Below are positions 9,252 to 17,750 of a stretch of DNA of 64,000 nt, in pieces. The stretch covers positions 32,001 to 96,000 of IMG/VR virus record IMGVR_UViG_3300035698_016797. One strand, 5' to 3'. The notes beneath the pieces are model-generated. The model did not search any database, was not told where the DNA came from, and saw nothing but the letters and a program-made list of their open reading frames with translations. Position 1 is the first letter of the stretch, and every line of letters starts with the position of its first letter. Source of the DNA: a virus. The position numbers were made by a program, and so were the translations under genes.

Positions 9252-9595
9252 AGCAGTTTGACAGAATATTGAGTGCAACTGAAAACATTCCAACCGTCAA
9301 TGCTCAACCAATCAGTTCCGTGTTTGGGGTTTTGACAAAAAACAGTGTTCCTCGGTTGCTGACAATTACCGGAAATGCGACAACTATCATGTTGGCGCAG
9401 TTTTTACTGTTCTTGCGCAGACAGTTGAAGCATGTAAAATGTTTGATGGTCCTTGACAACAAAAACAAGGGTCAAGTAGATCGCGCATTCGTTAAGGCTG
9501 AAGTGATTCAGAGAGACAGAGATGCTGCAAAAGCCATTGCGGCCAAGAAAAAAACCAAGGGTAAGACGGTCAAAAAGACCAAGGAGTTGTTCTGA
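9239..9595 (+). CDS. hypothetical protein within the Ubl operon, Lys-rich tail
   Basis: 118 aa, overlaps E2 stop and JAB start. Confidence 0.6.
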   Translation: MSTVKQFDRILSATENIPTVNAQPISSVFGVLTKNSVPRLLTITGNATTIMLAQFLLFLRRQLKHVKCLMVLDNKNKGQVDRAFVKAEVIQRDRDAAKAIAAKKKTKGKTVKKTKELF

Positions 9596-10680
9596 TGAAC
9601 AGATTCGTGACGTCCCAAGGCATCCCAATCATTACAATGGAAGATGGAGATGATGTGGAGTCCATTACGGACCCCATCTGTTTCATCGTTTCATCCAAAG
9701 GTTGCTTCGTAAAGAAGACCAATCGGTTCTACACTTCCGTAACCGCAACAGGAAAAGACGGAATCAGCGTGCTTGGAGAAGTCAAGCCGTTCGTATCTTT
9801 CGCAGTAACAAAGCTGCCGCTTCCGACATTCCGTGCCATTCGCCAGTTCTTCACTGATGTCTACAAGAAGATGCAATCTGAAGTGGCCATCATGTTGTAC
9901 TACGATTTCGATGCGAAGTTGTGGTTGTGGGTGGTTCCTGAGCAGAAGGTAACTGCCGCCAGTGTTGACTATGAGGAGACCGACAAATCCATCATCATCA
10001 ACCAGGACAACGAACGTATTGAAGGTCCGGTTCCAGACAGCTTTACGAAGCTCGGAAGTATCCATTCTCATGCAGGAATGGGAGCCTTCCATTCTGGTAC
10101 TGACAACGCTGACGAATTCCACTTCGACGGCCTACACATCACCATCGGCTCGTTCAACAAGGCAAGCAGTGGAGATTGTTCGTACTCTGCACGCTGGATC
10201 ATCGCCGGAGAAGAAGTGAAGACTGAAATCACGGAAGTGGTTGCAGATCTCGATCCTCCTGGAGAATACCCCGAAGATGCTCATGAAGCAGTAAAGAAGG
10301 GTACATCTGCCAGTCGCACTTATGGATCAGGACGTTCCATTGGTGCCGGTACAGGAAAAGGAGGTGCGGGTCAATCGGGAATAACAAACCCTACCCAGGC
10401 GGCGAAAGGCCGCCAGACGACGCAGACGACTCAGAGTGGCAAGCCTGGTACGAAACCTGGGGAAGGTGCGACGGTGGATACAACTGGTAAAGCTCCAGCG
10501 ACTGGTAAAGCTCCAGCGACTGGTAAAGCTCCAGCGACTGGTAAAGCTCCGACAACTGGGAAAGGTCCAGTGAAGGGTTTGACGGCAGGTGACACTCAAG
10601 CAGTGACTCCTCTCGTTCCGGCGAAAGGTTCAGAAGAAAAACCGGGCCAGGAAAAAAAAACCAAGACAGAGTCATCGTAG
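9595..10680 (+). CDS. JAB/MPN+ metallo-isopeptidase (PRTRC protein A-like) with low-complexity tail
   Basis: GSIHSHAGMGAFHSGTDNADE = HxH-x7-S-x2-D JAMM motif. Confidence 0.85.
   Translation: MNRFVTSQGIPIITMEDGDDVESITDPICFIVSSKGCFVKKTNRFYTSVTATGKDGISVLGEVKPFVSFAVTKLPLPTFRAIRQFFTDVYKKMQSEVAIMLYYDFDAKLWLWVVPEQKVTAASVDYEETDKSIIINQDNERIEGPVPDSFTKLGSIHSHAGMGAFHSGTDNADEFHFDGLHITIGSFNKASSGDCSYSARWIIAGEEVKTEITEVVADLDPPGEYPEDAHEAVKKGTSASRTYGSGRSIGAGTGKGGAGQSGITNPTQAAKGRQTTQTTQSGKPGTKPGEGATVDTTGKAPATGKAPATGKAPATGKAPTTGKGPVKGLTAGDTQAVTPLVPAKGSEEKPGQEKKTKTESS
10483..10572 (+). repeat. 18-bp tandem repeat x5 encoding TGKAPA
   Basis: actggtaaagctccagcg x3 exact plus two degenerate copies. Confidence 0.9.
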
Positions 10681-10840
10681 AGAATCCGGCGAGTGCGGGA
10701 ATACAATTCCTGAAAACGACTCCAGATCAGAGCAGTTCATAGAAAGAATGGTCGAAAGGTTCGGCTCTGAAGTTGGAGACAATCTTCAAGAGGCTGTTGA
10801 GTTGGCACGAGCCAGCCAACAGTCAGAAGGATAGAACGAT

Positions 10841-11551
10841 ATGTACAAGAATGTCATAGTTATTGGCTGTGGAGGAATTGGATCACATCTTCTTCCTCCG
10901 CTGACACGATTCTTCGCTTCAATGGAGAAAGAGAAGCGTCCCAAGGAAATGAGAATCGTTGATGGAGACAAGTATGAGCAAGGCAATGCCGATCGGCAAG
11001 AGTTTGTTGCTCGTCAAGTCAACCAGAATAAAGCAGAGGCGCAGAAGGAACGCTGTTCAGTCATTCACGAAGGAATGATGGACTACTATGCGTTCCCGGA
11101 ATACCTCGGTAGCGGCAATATTGACAGCATTATTGAAGAGGATTCAATTATCTTCATGTGTGTTGACAATCATGTTTGTCGCAGTATTGTGTCGAAACAC
11201 TGTCAAACGTTGAACAACGTTGCTCTCATCACGGGAGCAAACGAACTCACCGACGGCAACGTACAGATTTACGTCAGAAAAGATGGAAAGGATATGTCTC
11301 CTCCAATAGAAAAGAGACATCCTGAAATCAGCACGGCGAAAGATGGTGACAGATCAATGATGAGCTGTGAGGAGATTGAGAAGTTGCCCGGTGGTGGACA
11401 AATCATTCTGGTGAATGCTACCGCCGCGAATCTTCAATTTCAACTCGCTTGGGAATGGCTCTCTATCGGAAAGCTTCCTTTCGAGGAGGTATATTTCGAC
11501 GTTGAGTCAATCGGAATGCGTGGGGTGCCAAATGACTACTCCAAAAAGTAG
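10841..11551 (+). CDS. ThiF/E1-like activating enzyme
   Basis: VIGCGGIGSHL, VDGDKYE..N..RQ, NKAE, CVDNHVCR, candidate catalytic Cys in MSCEE. Confidence 0.9.
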   Translation: MYKNVIVIGCGGIGSHLLPPLTRFFASMEKEKRPKEMRIVDGDKYEQGNADRQEFVARQVNQNKAEAQKERCSVIHEGMMDYYAFPEYLGSGNIDSIIEEDSIIFMCVDNHVCRSIVSKHCQTLNNVALITGANELTDGNVQIYVRKDGKDMSPPIEKRHPEISTAKDGDRSMMSCEEIEKLPGGGQIILVNATAANLQFQLAWEWLSIGKLPFEEVYFDVESIGMRGVPNDYSKK

Positions 11552-12341
11552 CACAGCTCCTCCGGTAAAAAAGTCGGAAGCAAAAGCCAAAACAACCGCC
11601 AAGAAGGACGAGAAAAAAGCCGTAGTAAAGAAGGCTGACAAAGCTTCTGCGGCACCTATTCTGATTCCTGAAGAAATGAGGATTAGGTGTTTGTTTGTTG
11701 ATGGACTGGCTCCAAATCACGTAATAGTTGCCTACGGAGACGACAATGCGTCTTTGCTGAGCACTGGAGTGTGTGTTCGTGATCCAGAAAACAATAAACG
11801 GTTTTATCATATCACACAAATGTTGGTTGGTTTCACCCCAGAAACGGCCGGTCCTTACTTTCAGCCGTTGACTGGTCAAATGTTGCTGGCATCATTGAAG
11901 CATCACAAGGCTAAACTGACATTTCCTTTGACTGTATTTAGAGTTGTTCATCTGTGGGAAGATGGGAACATCATTGGATGGTCAAAAAGAAGTCAAGAGA
12001 AAGCCTTGGAGCGCAGTACTTCGATGTATCTCTGTGCACAGTGTAAAATTTCTGTGACAAATGGAGTTTACGCTCCTGGATGCTCTCCGTATTCAGAGGT
12101 TATAGCTAAAGCTGTAACCATGGCAGAGAGTAAAGTTGCGTTTCACAATCTGTTGGCAACTCGTGTGATTGAAGGCAACCACGATTTATGGTCGTTCTTG
12201 TCGGCCAACGCCTACCTTGATAGTCTGTGTACAAGGTGTCGTCTCTTGGCAATAAAAAGCCTAACTGGAGAAATAGTTACTCAGATTGCGACAACAGGAA
12301 GAATGAAACCGGTGTTTCAAAACGAAAAGGAGGTTGAGTAA
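11532..12341 (+). CDS. hypothetical protein (Lys/Ala-rich N-terminus, two CxxC)
   Basis: likely start MTTPK at 11532 overlapping the E1 end. Confidence 0.6.
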   Translation: MTTPKSSTAPPVKKSEAKAKTTAKKDEKKAVVKKADKASAAPILIPEEMRIRCLFVDGLAPNHVIVAYGDDNASLLSTGVCVRDPENNKRFYHITQMLVGFTPETAGPYFQPLTGQMLLASLKHHKAKLTFPLTVFRVVHLWEDGNIIGWSKRSQEKALERSTSMYLCAQCKISVTNGVYAPGCSPYSEVIAKAVTMAESKVAFHNLLATRVIEGNHDLWSFLSANAYLDSLCTRCRLLAIKSLTGEIVTQIATTGRMKPVFQNEKEVE

Positions 12342-13270
12342 TGGCTCAACAAGTAGTCTCTCATACCGTTTATATGACGGCAGAGACGGATGTAACTTTA
12401 CCACAGCTGGAAGGAGCAAACGAAGCTCTCGTTGAAGAGCTTAGAGTACTTCTTCTTGGCAATAAGAAGGTTGAAGCGGTTCAGAAGTTTCGTCTGGCAA
12501 CAGGCTGTTCTCTGAAGGATGCTGTAGACCGACTGATTATCGGCTGGTGGATGGAGTTTGCACAAAGTCTCATTGATCCGTCAAAATACCCAGAAAAGTG
12601 CTGTTTCAATTGTGTTGGAACGTGCGGCAAACTTGCCAATCTTCAATCTACAAATGGAGCAAAACTTTGGGACATTGACAATCAGATTCCATGTGGAACC
12701 AATTGCAGTGTGTTTATGACCCTTGAAGCCCTCAAGAAGAGTTTGGTGATCAAGGATAGCGCAGTACAGGTAAAACTTACCAACTCTGCCAACAGCAGTG
12801 TGACGAACATCATCGTTGACACTCCTATTGTGAAGACAGAAAGAAGCAATCGTGATGGCAAGGTTCTTGAAACGAAGTTTGTGATCCACTCAAAATCACA
12901 AGTTGTAACAAAAGTTTCAGGTGCAATCTGCAAACTGTTTCTTGCCGGTTTCCAATGGTCCTCAACCAATGGTTTCGAAGGAACTCTGACTGTTGGGACA
13001 TGTGAACCAAAAAGCAAGGAAACGTGGGAAAAATATCTTGAAAGAGCTTCTGAGGAAGTAAGAAAAGCTCGTGAGTGCGTCACCGAAACGTACCAGGCAA
13101 TGGATGAAAAGACTTTGTTCGCGGCTATGGAAAAATTCCTGACAAAGCGTGGACTGAAGAATGTTATTGCCAACTATAACGGTGATATTGAGTCTCTGTG
13201 TGACGACATGTTCCCAGATCAGGAACTGGTGTATGTTGCCATTGAATTCGCAAGGGAAGATTTGTCATGA
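12341..13270 (+). CDS. hypothetical protein with ribosomal bL12 C-terminal-like motif
   Basis: GNKKVEAVQKFRLATGCSLKDAVD resembles bL12-CTD KIEAIK.YRE.TG.GLKEAK. Confidence 0.55.
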   Translation: MAQQVVSHTVYMTAETDVTLPQLEGANEALVEELRVLLLGNKKVEAVQKFRLATGCSLKDAVDRLIIGWWMEFAQSLIDPSKYPEKCCFNCVGTCGKLANLQSTNGAKLWDIDNQIPCGTNCSVFMTLEALKKSLVIKDSAVQVKLTNSANSSVTNIIVDTPIVKTERSNRDGKVLETKFVIHSKSQVVTKVSGAICKLFLAGFQWSSTNGFEGTLTVGTCEPKSKETWEKYLERASEEVRKARECVTETYQAMDEKTLFAAMEKFLTKRGLKNVIANYNGDIESLCDDMFPDQELVYVAIEFAREDLS

Positions 13271-14169
13271 TTGTTATGATTGACCAATACGTTAAATTGC
13301 CAGACACTTCCGATTTCAAACCCATTGTTCCGAAGAATGCCAATGAAGGAAAAATCATTCTTCAATTCAAAACGACCTTTCGGAATCCTGAGACGCTCAG
13401 TATTATGAAAGATTGTCTGTTGTCCGCCGGTCATGAATGTGAAAGTTCTCGCATTGACCAGAAATGGTTAAATGAAGCCTTCACGCCAATCATGCACGAA
13501 ATGATCAAAGGGTTTGTTATATGGGGACTGCCGACCTTCATGAAGAAGGCAAGAGAGCATTCTCCAAGAGGGTTCGGAAGTGGTAGTAAAAGACGAGTTT
13601 TTATGAGAAGCCTCTTTGATCAGTTTTTGGAAGAGGGTTTTGCCTTAAAGTCGGCAGAAAACTTTGCACTCTCATCATTCTCTTCTATTGGATGGAGAAT
13701 GCCTGAAAGTATTCGTGTTAGAGGACAAGGTTGGACTACTCAAATTGCTCGCTCTTTCGGAAACTTTATTAACAATGTAAACCGTGGCAGAACGTCACAT
13801 TCAATCCTCAACGTGCTAAGAAGTTGTACTCCATACCCGTATGTGACAGAAGAGGGAGATCAGTTCGTACTTCCAAACAGTGACAATAAAAATGTGGTTG
13901 ATGCATGTCATCAGTTCACTAACATTATGAACGGCGTCATGGATAACACGAACGCAATATTCAACGAGATTGAATGGGTCTCTGACACCATGTCAGACAT
14001 GAATCCTTGCGGTAGAGCAGGATGTAACGAAGGAAACATGTGTTCAAGCTGTTACGATAGGCTGTACGATCTTGTTGATGGATGTGCCGGAAAGACTGAC
14101 GCTAACAGGTATTTTGTGACAGCTGTTGAAAATCGAGAAACCTTTGATAGCATAACGCCGTCAGAATAA
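13267..14169 (+). CDS. hypothetical protein
   Basis: 300 aa, C-terminal Cys cluster. Confidence 0.65.
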   Translation: MIVMIDQYVKLPDTSDFKPIVPKNANEGKIILQFKTTFRNPETLSIMKDCLLSAGHECESSRIDQKWLNEAFTPIMHEMIKGFVIWGLPTFMKKAREHSPRGFGSGSKRRVFMRSLFDQFLEEGFALKSAENFALSSFSSIGWRMPESIRVRGQGWTTQIARSFGNFINNVNRGRTSHSILNVLRSCTPYPYVTEEGDQFVLPNSDNKNVVDACHQFTNIMNGVMDNTNAIFNEIEWVSDTMSDMNPCGRAGCNEGNMCSSCYDRLYDLVDGCAGKTDANRYFVTAVENRETFDSITPSE

Positions 14170-14200
14170 CAACATTTAGTATTCAAGAAGGAACAGGAAA

Positions 14201-14962
14201 ATGGAAGAAACACCATCGTTCGTAGCAGAGGCACAGCGCCAACTTGAAGCGCAGAATGCAACACTTCAAGCAGAAGCGGAGGCTATGCTACAACAAACCG
14301 CGCAAAACGAAGAAAACATATCGGAACGTGTTACGGCTCAAGTCCCAGAAATGATGACGGCAGACAATGTTCTGTCTGAAGAACGTGAAAAAATGGCAAT
14401 TCTATATGCCGTAAACACGTATCTTGTCATCACCAATCGTGGATTTGGAGTTATTGACCTACTTAATTCGTGGGTAAGCAGCACTGGGTCAACGATTCCG
14501 GTTATGGATTTCTCGTGGTGTTCCGACAACTTGATCAACACCAACATCTTGAATGGGACAGTAAAACTTGATGACATTGTTGATTGGTTGAAGTCAATTG
14601 ACCCAACTCTCAGCGAAATGTTTCTTTGCTTCCATGGCAAGGTTGACGACACATTTGTCCAATTGGTTGCCAACATGGGCAGAGCAGAAGGTCTTCTGCC
14701 TTTCGCAGTTAAACTTTCACGTTCTTTCGACAAGATACCCGAGGGTACAAGAGGCTTTATCTGGCCACTTCCAAAAGGGGCAGGAAAACTCGAAGGCATG
14801 GAAGGTTTTGTACCTATCTTGCTGGAAAAAGAATTCCCCTTCTGTCACTCGTTTGAGATGGTGACTGGTGAGCCGATAGAAGGAGTCAATAAAAGAGGTT
14901 TCTTCATCTCACTTTCTTGCTTAGAACAGGATAATGGGGTGATGGTTGCCAAAAAGTGTTAA
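14201..14962 (+). CDS. hypothetical protein immediately upstream of the RT (candidate partner)
   Basis: 253 aa, Q/E-rich coiled N-terminus; stop 9 nt before RT start. Confidence 0.7.
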   Translation: MEETPSFVAEAQRQLEAQNATLQAEAEAMLQQTAQNEENISERVTAQVPEMMTADNVLSEEREKMAILYAVNTYLVITNRGFGVIDLLNSWVSSTGSTIPVMDFSWCSDNLINTNILNGTVKLDDIVDWLKSIDPTLSEMFLCFHGKVDDTFVQLVANMGRAEGLLPFAVKLSRSFDKIPEGTRGFIWPLPKGAGKLEGMEGFVPILLEKEFPFCHSFEMVTGEPIEGVNKRGFFISLSCLEQDNGVMVAKKC

Positions 14963-14971
14963 GGAGTACGT

Positions 14972-16249
14972 ATGCTGAATCAATTGTCACGACAGTTTGG
15001 AGAGCTGCCAGTAGAACTTGTTGCTAAAGATCAAAGCGACATTCCGATAGTGTCGTTTATTCAAGCTAGGCATGGGCCGGTATTGCCTGGTCGAAATATA
15101 AACGAGAAGGCATTTGGCCAACTACTTGAACTTCTGCTCGAAGGCAAGATTGTCAGAGTTAGATGTAATATAGATGCTTTTGCTCAAGAGATGGAGCATC
15201 TGAGAAAACTTGCATCTAAAAATGTTCTCATGGTATCTGCTACGGATATTTGGGAACATAATAGAGGTGAAGTTTACAAATTCAGGTTTAACGCATCAAG
15301 CGAATACTATATGGGACTTGATGAATTAGTAAATCCTGTTGATATAATTGCTTCTGTTCTTGGAGTGGAGGGAGAACTCCTTACAAGTCTTATGGCAGAT
15401 ATTTCGTCTCACTACAATCGCTTTCCATTGACAAAAAGGGATGGTTCGCAAAGATGGATTAACGCTCCAGACGATGATCTGAAAGGGGTTCAGAGACGCA
15501 TAATGAACAGAATGCTTTATCGTGGATGGGCAACTCCATGTGCTCACGGATTCATTCATGGAAAAAGTATTAAGACAAACGCAGAACGTCATGTTGGAGC
15601 CAAGGTTGTCGTCAAAATGGACATATCCAAATTCTTTGACAACATAGGAATTGACAAACTTAATACAGCCTTTGTTCCTCTGCTGAAAGCAGAAGAGCTT
15701 TTCACAATCAATTTTATCTCATCGTTGTGTACTCTCAACGGGGTCACCCCACAAGGAGCACCAACGAGTCCCGCACTATCAAATCTCGTGGTAAGAAACA
15801 TGGACTTTGCCCTCATGGGTTTAGCCAGAAAACATCACGCAGTCTACACGAGATATGCTGATGATTTGGTATTTTCCTCGAAAGATAATCGTGCATTACC
15901 ATCAATCATCCCTTTGGTAATGAACGTTGTCAACTCGAATGGGTTCCGAATCAACATGAGAAAAACCGGAGTCTTTCGCGACGGTGGAAGAATGCCGGTA
16001 ACCGGACTGGTAATCAATAAACATACAAACGTTCCTCGTAAGGAGCGTTATAAAGTACGTGCGGAGCTTCATAACATTGCAACTGGAAGAAAACCTGCAA
16101 GCGAAGAGGATCTTCAGCGTCTCGCCGGAAAGGTGGCGTTCATCAATATGGCGAATCCGCAACAGGGAGCACGTTTTGATAGTTTGATGACAGCAGCAAA
16201 GGCTGGTGCCGTACAATCAACGGAAGGTGCGGAAAACAATGACAGTTGA
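14972..16249 (+). CDS. retron-type reverse transcriptase with ~130 aa N-terminal extension
   Basis: KRDG..R.I..P, AHGF..GKSI..NAERH (region X), KMDISKFF, PQGAPTSP.LSN, YTRYADDLVFS, VTGL (region Y). Confidence 0.92.
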   Translation: MLNQLSRQFGELPVELVAKDQSDIPIVSFIQARHGPVLPGRNINEKAFGQLLELLLEGKIVRVRCNIDAFAQEMEHLRKLASKNVLMVSATDIWEHNRGEVYKFRFNASSEYYMGLDELVNPVDIIASVLGVEGELLTSLMADISSHYNRFPLTKRDGSQRWINAPDDDLKGVQRRIMNRMLYRGWATPCAHGFIHGKSIKTNAERHVGAKVVVKMDISKFFDNIGIDKLNTAFVPLLKAEELFTINFISSLCTLNGVTPQGAPTSPALSNLVVRNMDFALMGLARKHHAVYTRYADDLVFSSKDNRALPSIIPLVMNVVNSNGFRINMRKTGVFRDGGRMPVTGLVINKHTNVPRKERYKVRAELHNIATGRKPASEEDLQRLAGKVAFINMANPQQGARFDSLMTAAKAGAVQSTEGAENNDS

Positions 16250-16436
16250 CAACATTACAGTAGACAAAATCCCAGACGAAATTGAAGAATGCTTCAACCA
16301 AGCAGGAATCACACTGGAACAATTAGACGAAGCTTCTCTGCTTCTGGAAGAAAAATATGGAATCACGCTAGCACTCACAACCCACTTCGACAGTAAAGAA
16401 GAGGAACATATTGTTCTAGCCAGACCAATTCCGTAA
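16239..16436 (+). CDS. small acidic protein overlapping the RT stop
   Basis: 65 aa, GAAGG RBS before ATG 16239. Confidence 0.6.
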   Translation: MTVDNITVDKIPDEIEECFNQAGITLEQLDEASLLLEEKYGITLALTTHFDSKEEEHIVLARPIP

Positions 16437-16439
16437 ATA

Positions 16440-16670
16440 TAGACTTTCGTTGACTTTGACTGCATAGACGTGCTCTTGACGGTGGGAATGAGGTAAAAAC
16501 CGTCACGGACGAGATCAAAAAGGAGTCTTATTTAAAAGACTTTTTCTCGTTCTTTTATATTAATTCCTCTCATGCATATGCTATCAGCTCTGATGTTTCA
16601 TCTGAGTGTAGTTTACATTCACAGCGTAGAGCGACACGGGGTCGCCTCCTGCTGTTAGAACGACCGTCTA
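16440..16670 (+). ncRNA. retron-like ncRNA candidate A
   Basis: arms tagac-tt-tcgtt|G / AG|aacga-cc-gtcta; ctc-t-GATG-ttt-CATC-t-gag 16588-16606; long stems ~16509-16550 and 16621-16655. Confidence 0.55.
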
Positions 16671-16697
16671 CTGTTGAAAACACGAAAAGGAAAGCAA

Positions 16698-16892
16698 ATG
16701 TCAGATAAAGAACACAAAACGACAGAAAAGGTATTTTTAATACCCGAAGAAGAAGTGGTTATAATGACGTCAGACTCAAGCTCTGAGGTTGTACAAAAAC
16801 CAGAAGGTGTTTCTGTAAAATTGATTTCTCCAGAAGGAGTTACGGTTACAGAGGCAGACGCCAAAGATACGATCCTTCAGATAGAGGGATAA
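16698..16892 (+). CDS. small acidic protein between ncRNA candidates A and B
   Basis: 64 aa, AAGGAAAG RBS, internal PEGV duplication. Confidence 0.6.
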   Translation: MSDKEHKTTEKVFLIPEEEVVIMTSDSSSEVVQKPEGVSVKLISPEGVTVTEADAKDTILQIEG

Positions 16893-16900
16893 CATAACGC

Positions 16901-17071
16901 TGTAGATTGGTTTTAGCCAGATGTTTCATCTGGGAGATTATTACGTGGGCATCATAGTGAATACTACAAGTATTCACATTAAAGCCCCAGAGAGAGCCTA
17001 TCACGACTCGGCAGTCGTCCAAAGACGACTTTAGTCGTACCGGCTCACTCTCGGGGCTTAAAGAATCTACA
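16901..17071 (+). ncRNA. retron msr-msd-like ncRNA candidate B
   Basis: perfect 8-bp IR tgtagatt|GG ... AAG|aatctaca; hairpins ccaGATG-ttt-CATCtgg and gtgaatact-aca-agtattcac; branched long stem 16982-17059. Confidence 0.75.
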
Positions 17072-17096
17072 AAACAAATAAAAGTGATATATACAT

Positions 17097-17750
17097 ATGG
17101 AACAACAAGAAGGTAACTTGGTGCCAATCTTCTTCTGTGAAAAACTTTCCAAAGCAGAAGTAATAGCTTGGCGAAGAGTTATCAACGTAGCATATTCCTC
17201 TCTATCCAAAGAGGAAAAGAGTGTAATTCCCCCGTTTTATGTGTACTGTACAATGGTGAGTTCTCTGTATCACACCTTTAATGCACATTTACATATGATG
17301 GAAAAGATGATGGATCAGTTCGCACAGGACAAAGTGTGGTCATATGCGTTCTTACAAGATCCTGAAATACGCAATGAGAACATTCCAGAAGAAGAGTTCC
17401 AAAGAATAGTAATAGCCAATCATCGTACACACTTGACTCCAGATCTTTCTCCAGAAATGGTAGTGTTTCACGAAATGTGGCACTTCATACTGTTCAGTCT
17501 TCATAAAATTCCGTACGTAGTAGAGAACAGGAAACAAGTCGAAGGAATGTGTGACAAGAATGCAATTATGTCATACGTTAGAATGTTGATTCGCAATCCT
17601 CAATACTCCTCCAACACAGAAGATGGAGAAGTGAGGTTGCTTGAGAAAAGAGTTAGACTGTGGCGCTCCCAAATGGAAGAAAAAGACATGCCATTAGCGC
17701 AAATCGAAAACAATATGCTCAAAGGAGTAGGAGAACTTCTCAATGACTGA
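17097..17750 (+). CDS. HExxH zinc-metallopeptidase-like protein
   Basis: VVFHEMWHFIL followed by a downstream E..CD..A segment. Confidence 0.6.
   Translation: MEQQEGNLVPIFFCEKLSKAEVIAWRRVINVAYSSLSKEEKSVIPPFYVYCTMVSSLYHTFNAHLHMMEKMMDQFAQDKVWSYAFLQDPEIRNENIPEEEFQRIVIANHRTHLTPDLSPEMVVFHEMWHFILFSLHKIPYVVENRKQVEGMCDKNAIMSYVRMLIRNPQYSSNTEDGEVRLLEKRVRLWRSQMEEKDMPLAQIENNMLKGVGELLND

Noticed and set aside
14170-14971. Classical upstream msr-msd for the RT
   Set aside because: The region is fully coding; the gaps are only 31 and 9 nt.
14972-16249. RT as a DGR, group II intron or CRISPR-associated RT
   Set aside because: It has QGAPTSP (not the DGR GNLTSQ-type motif) plus NAxxH and VTG retron signatures. 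No TR/VR pair, avd-like gene, intron domain V/VI, maturase X domain, cas1 or CRISPR array was seen.
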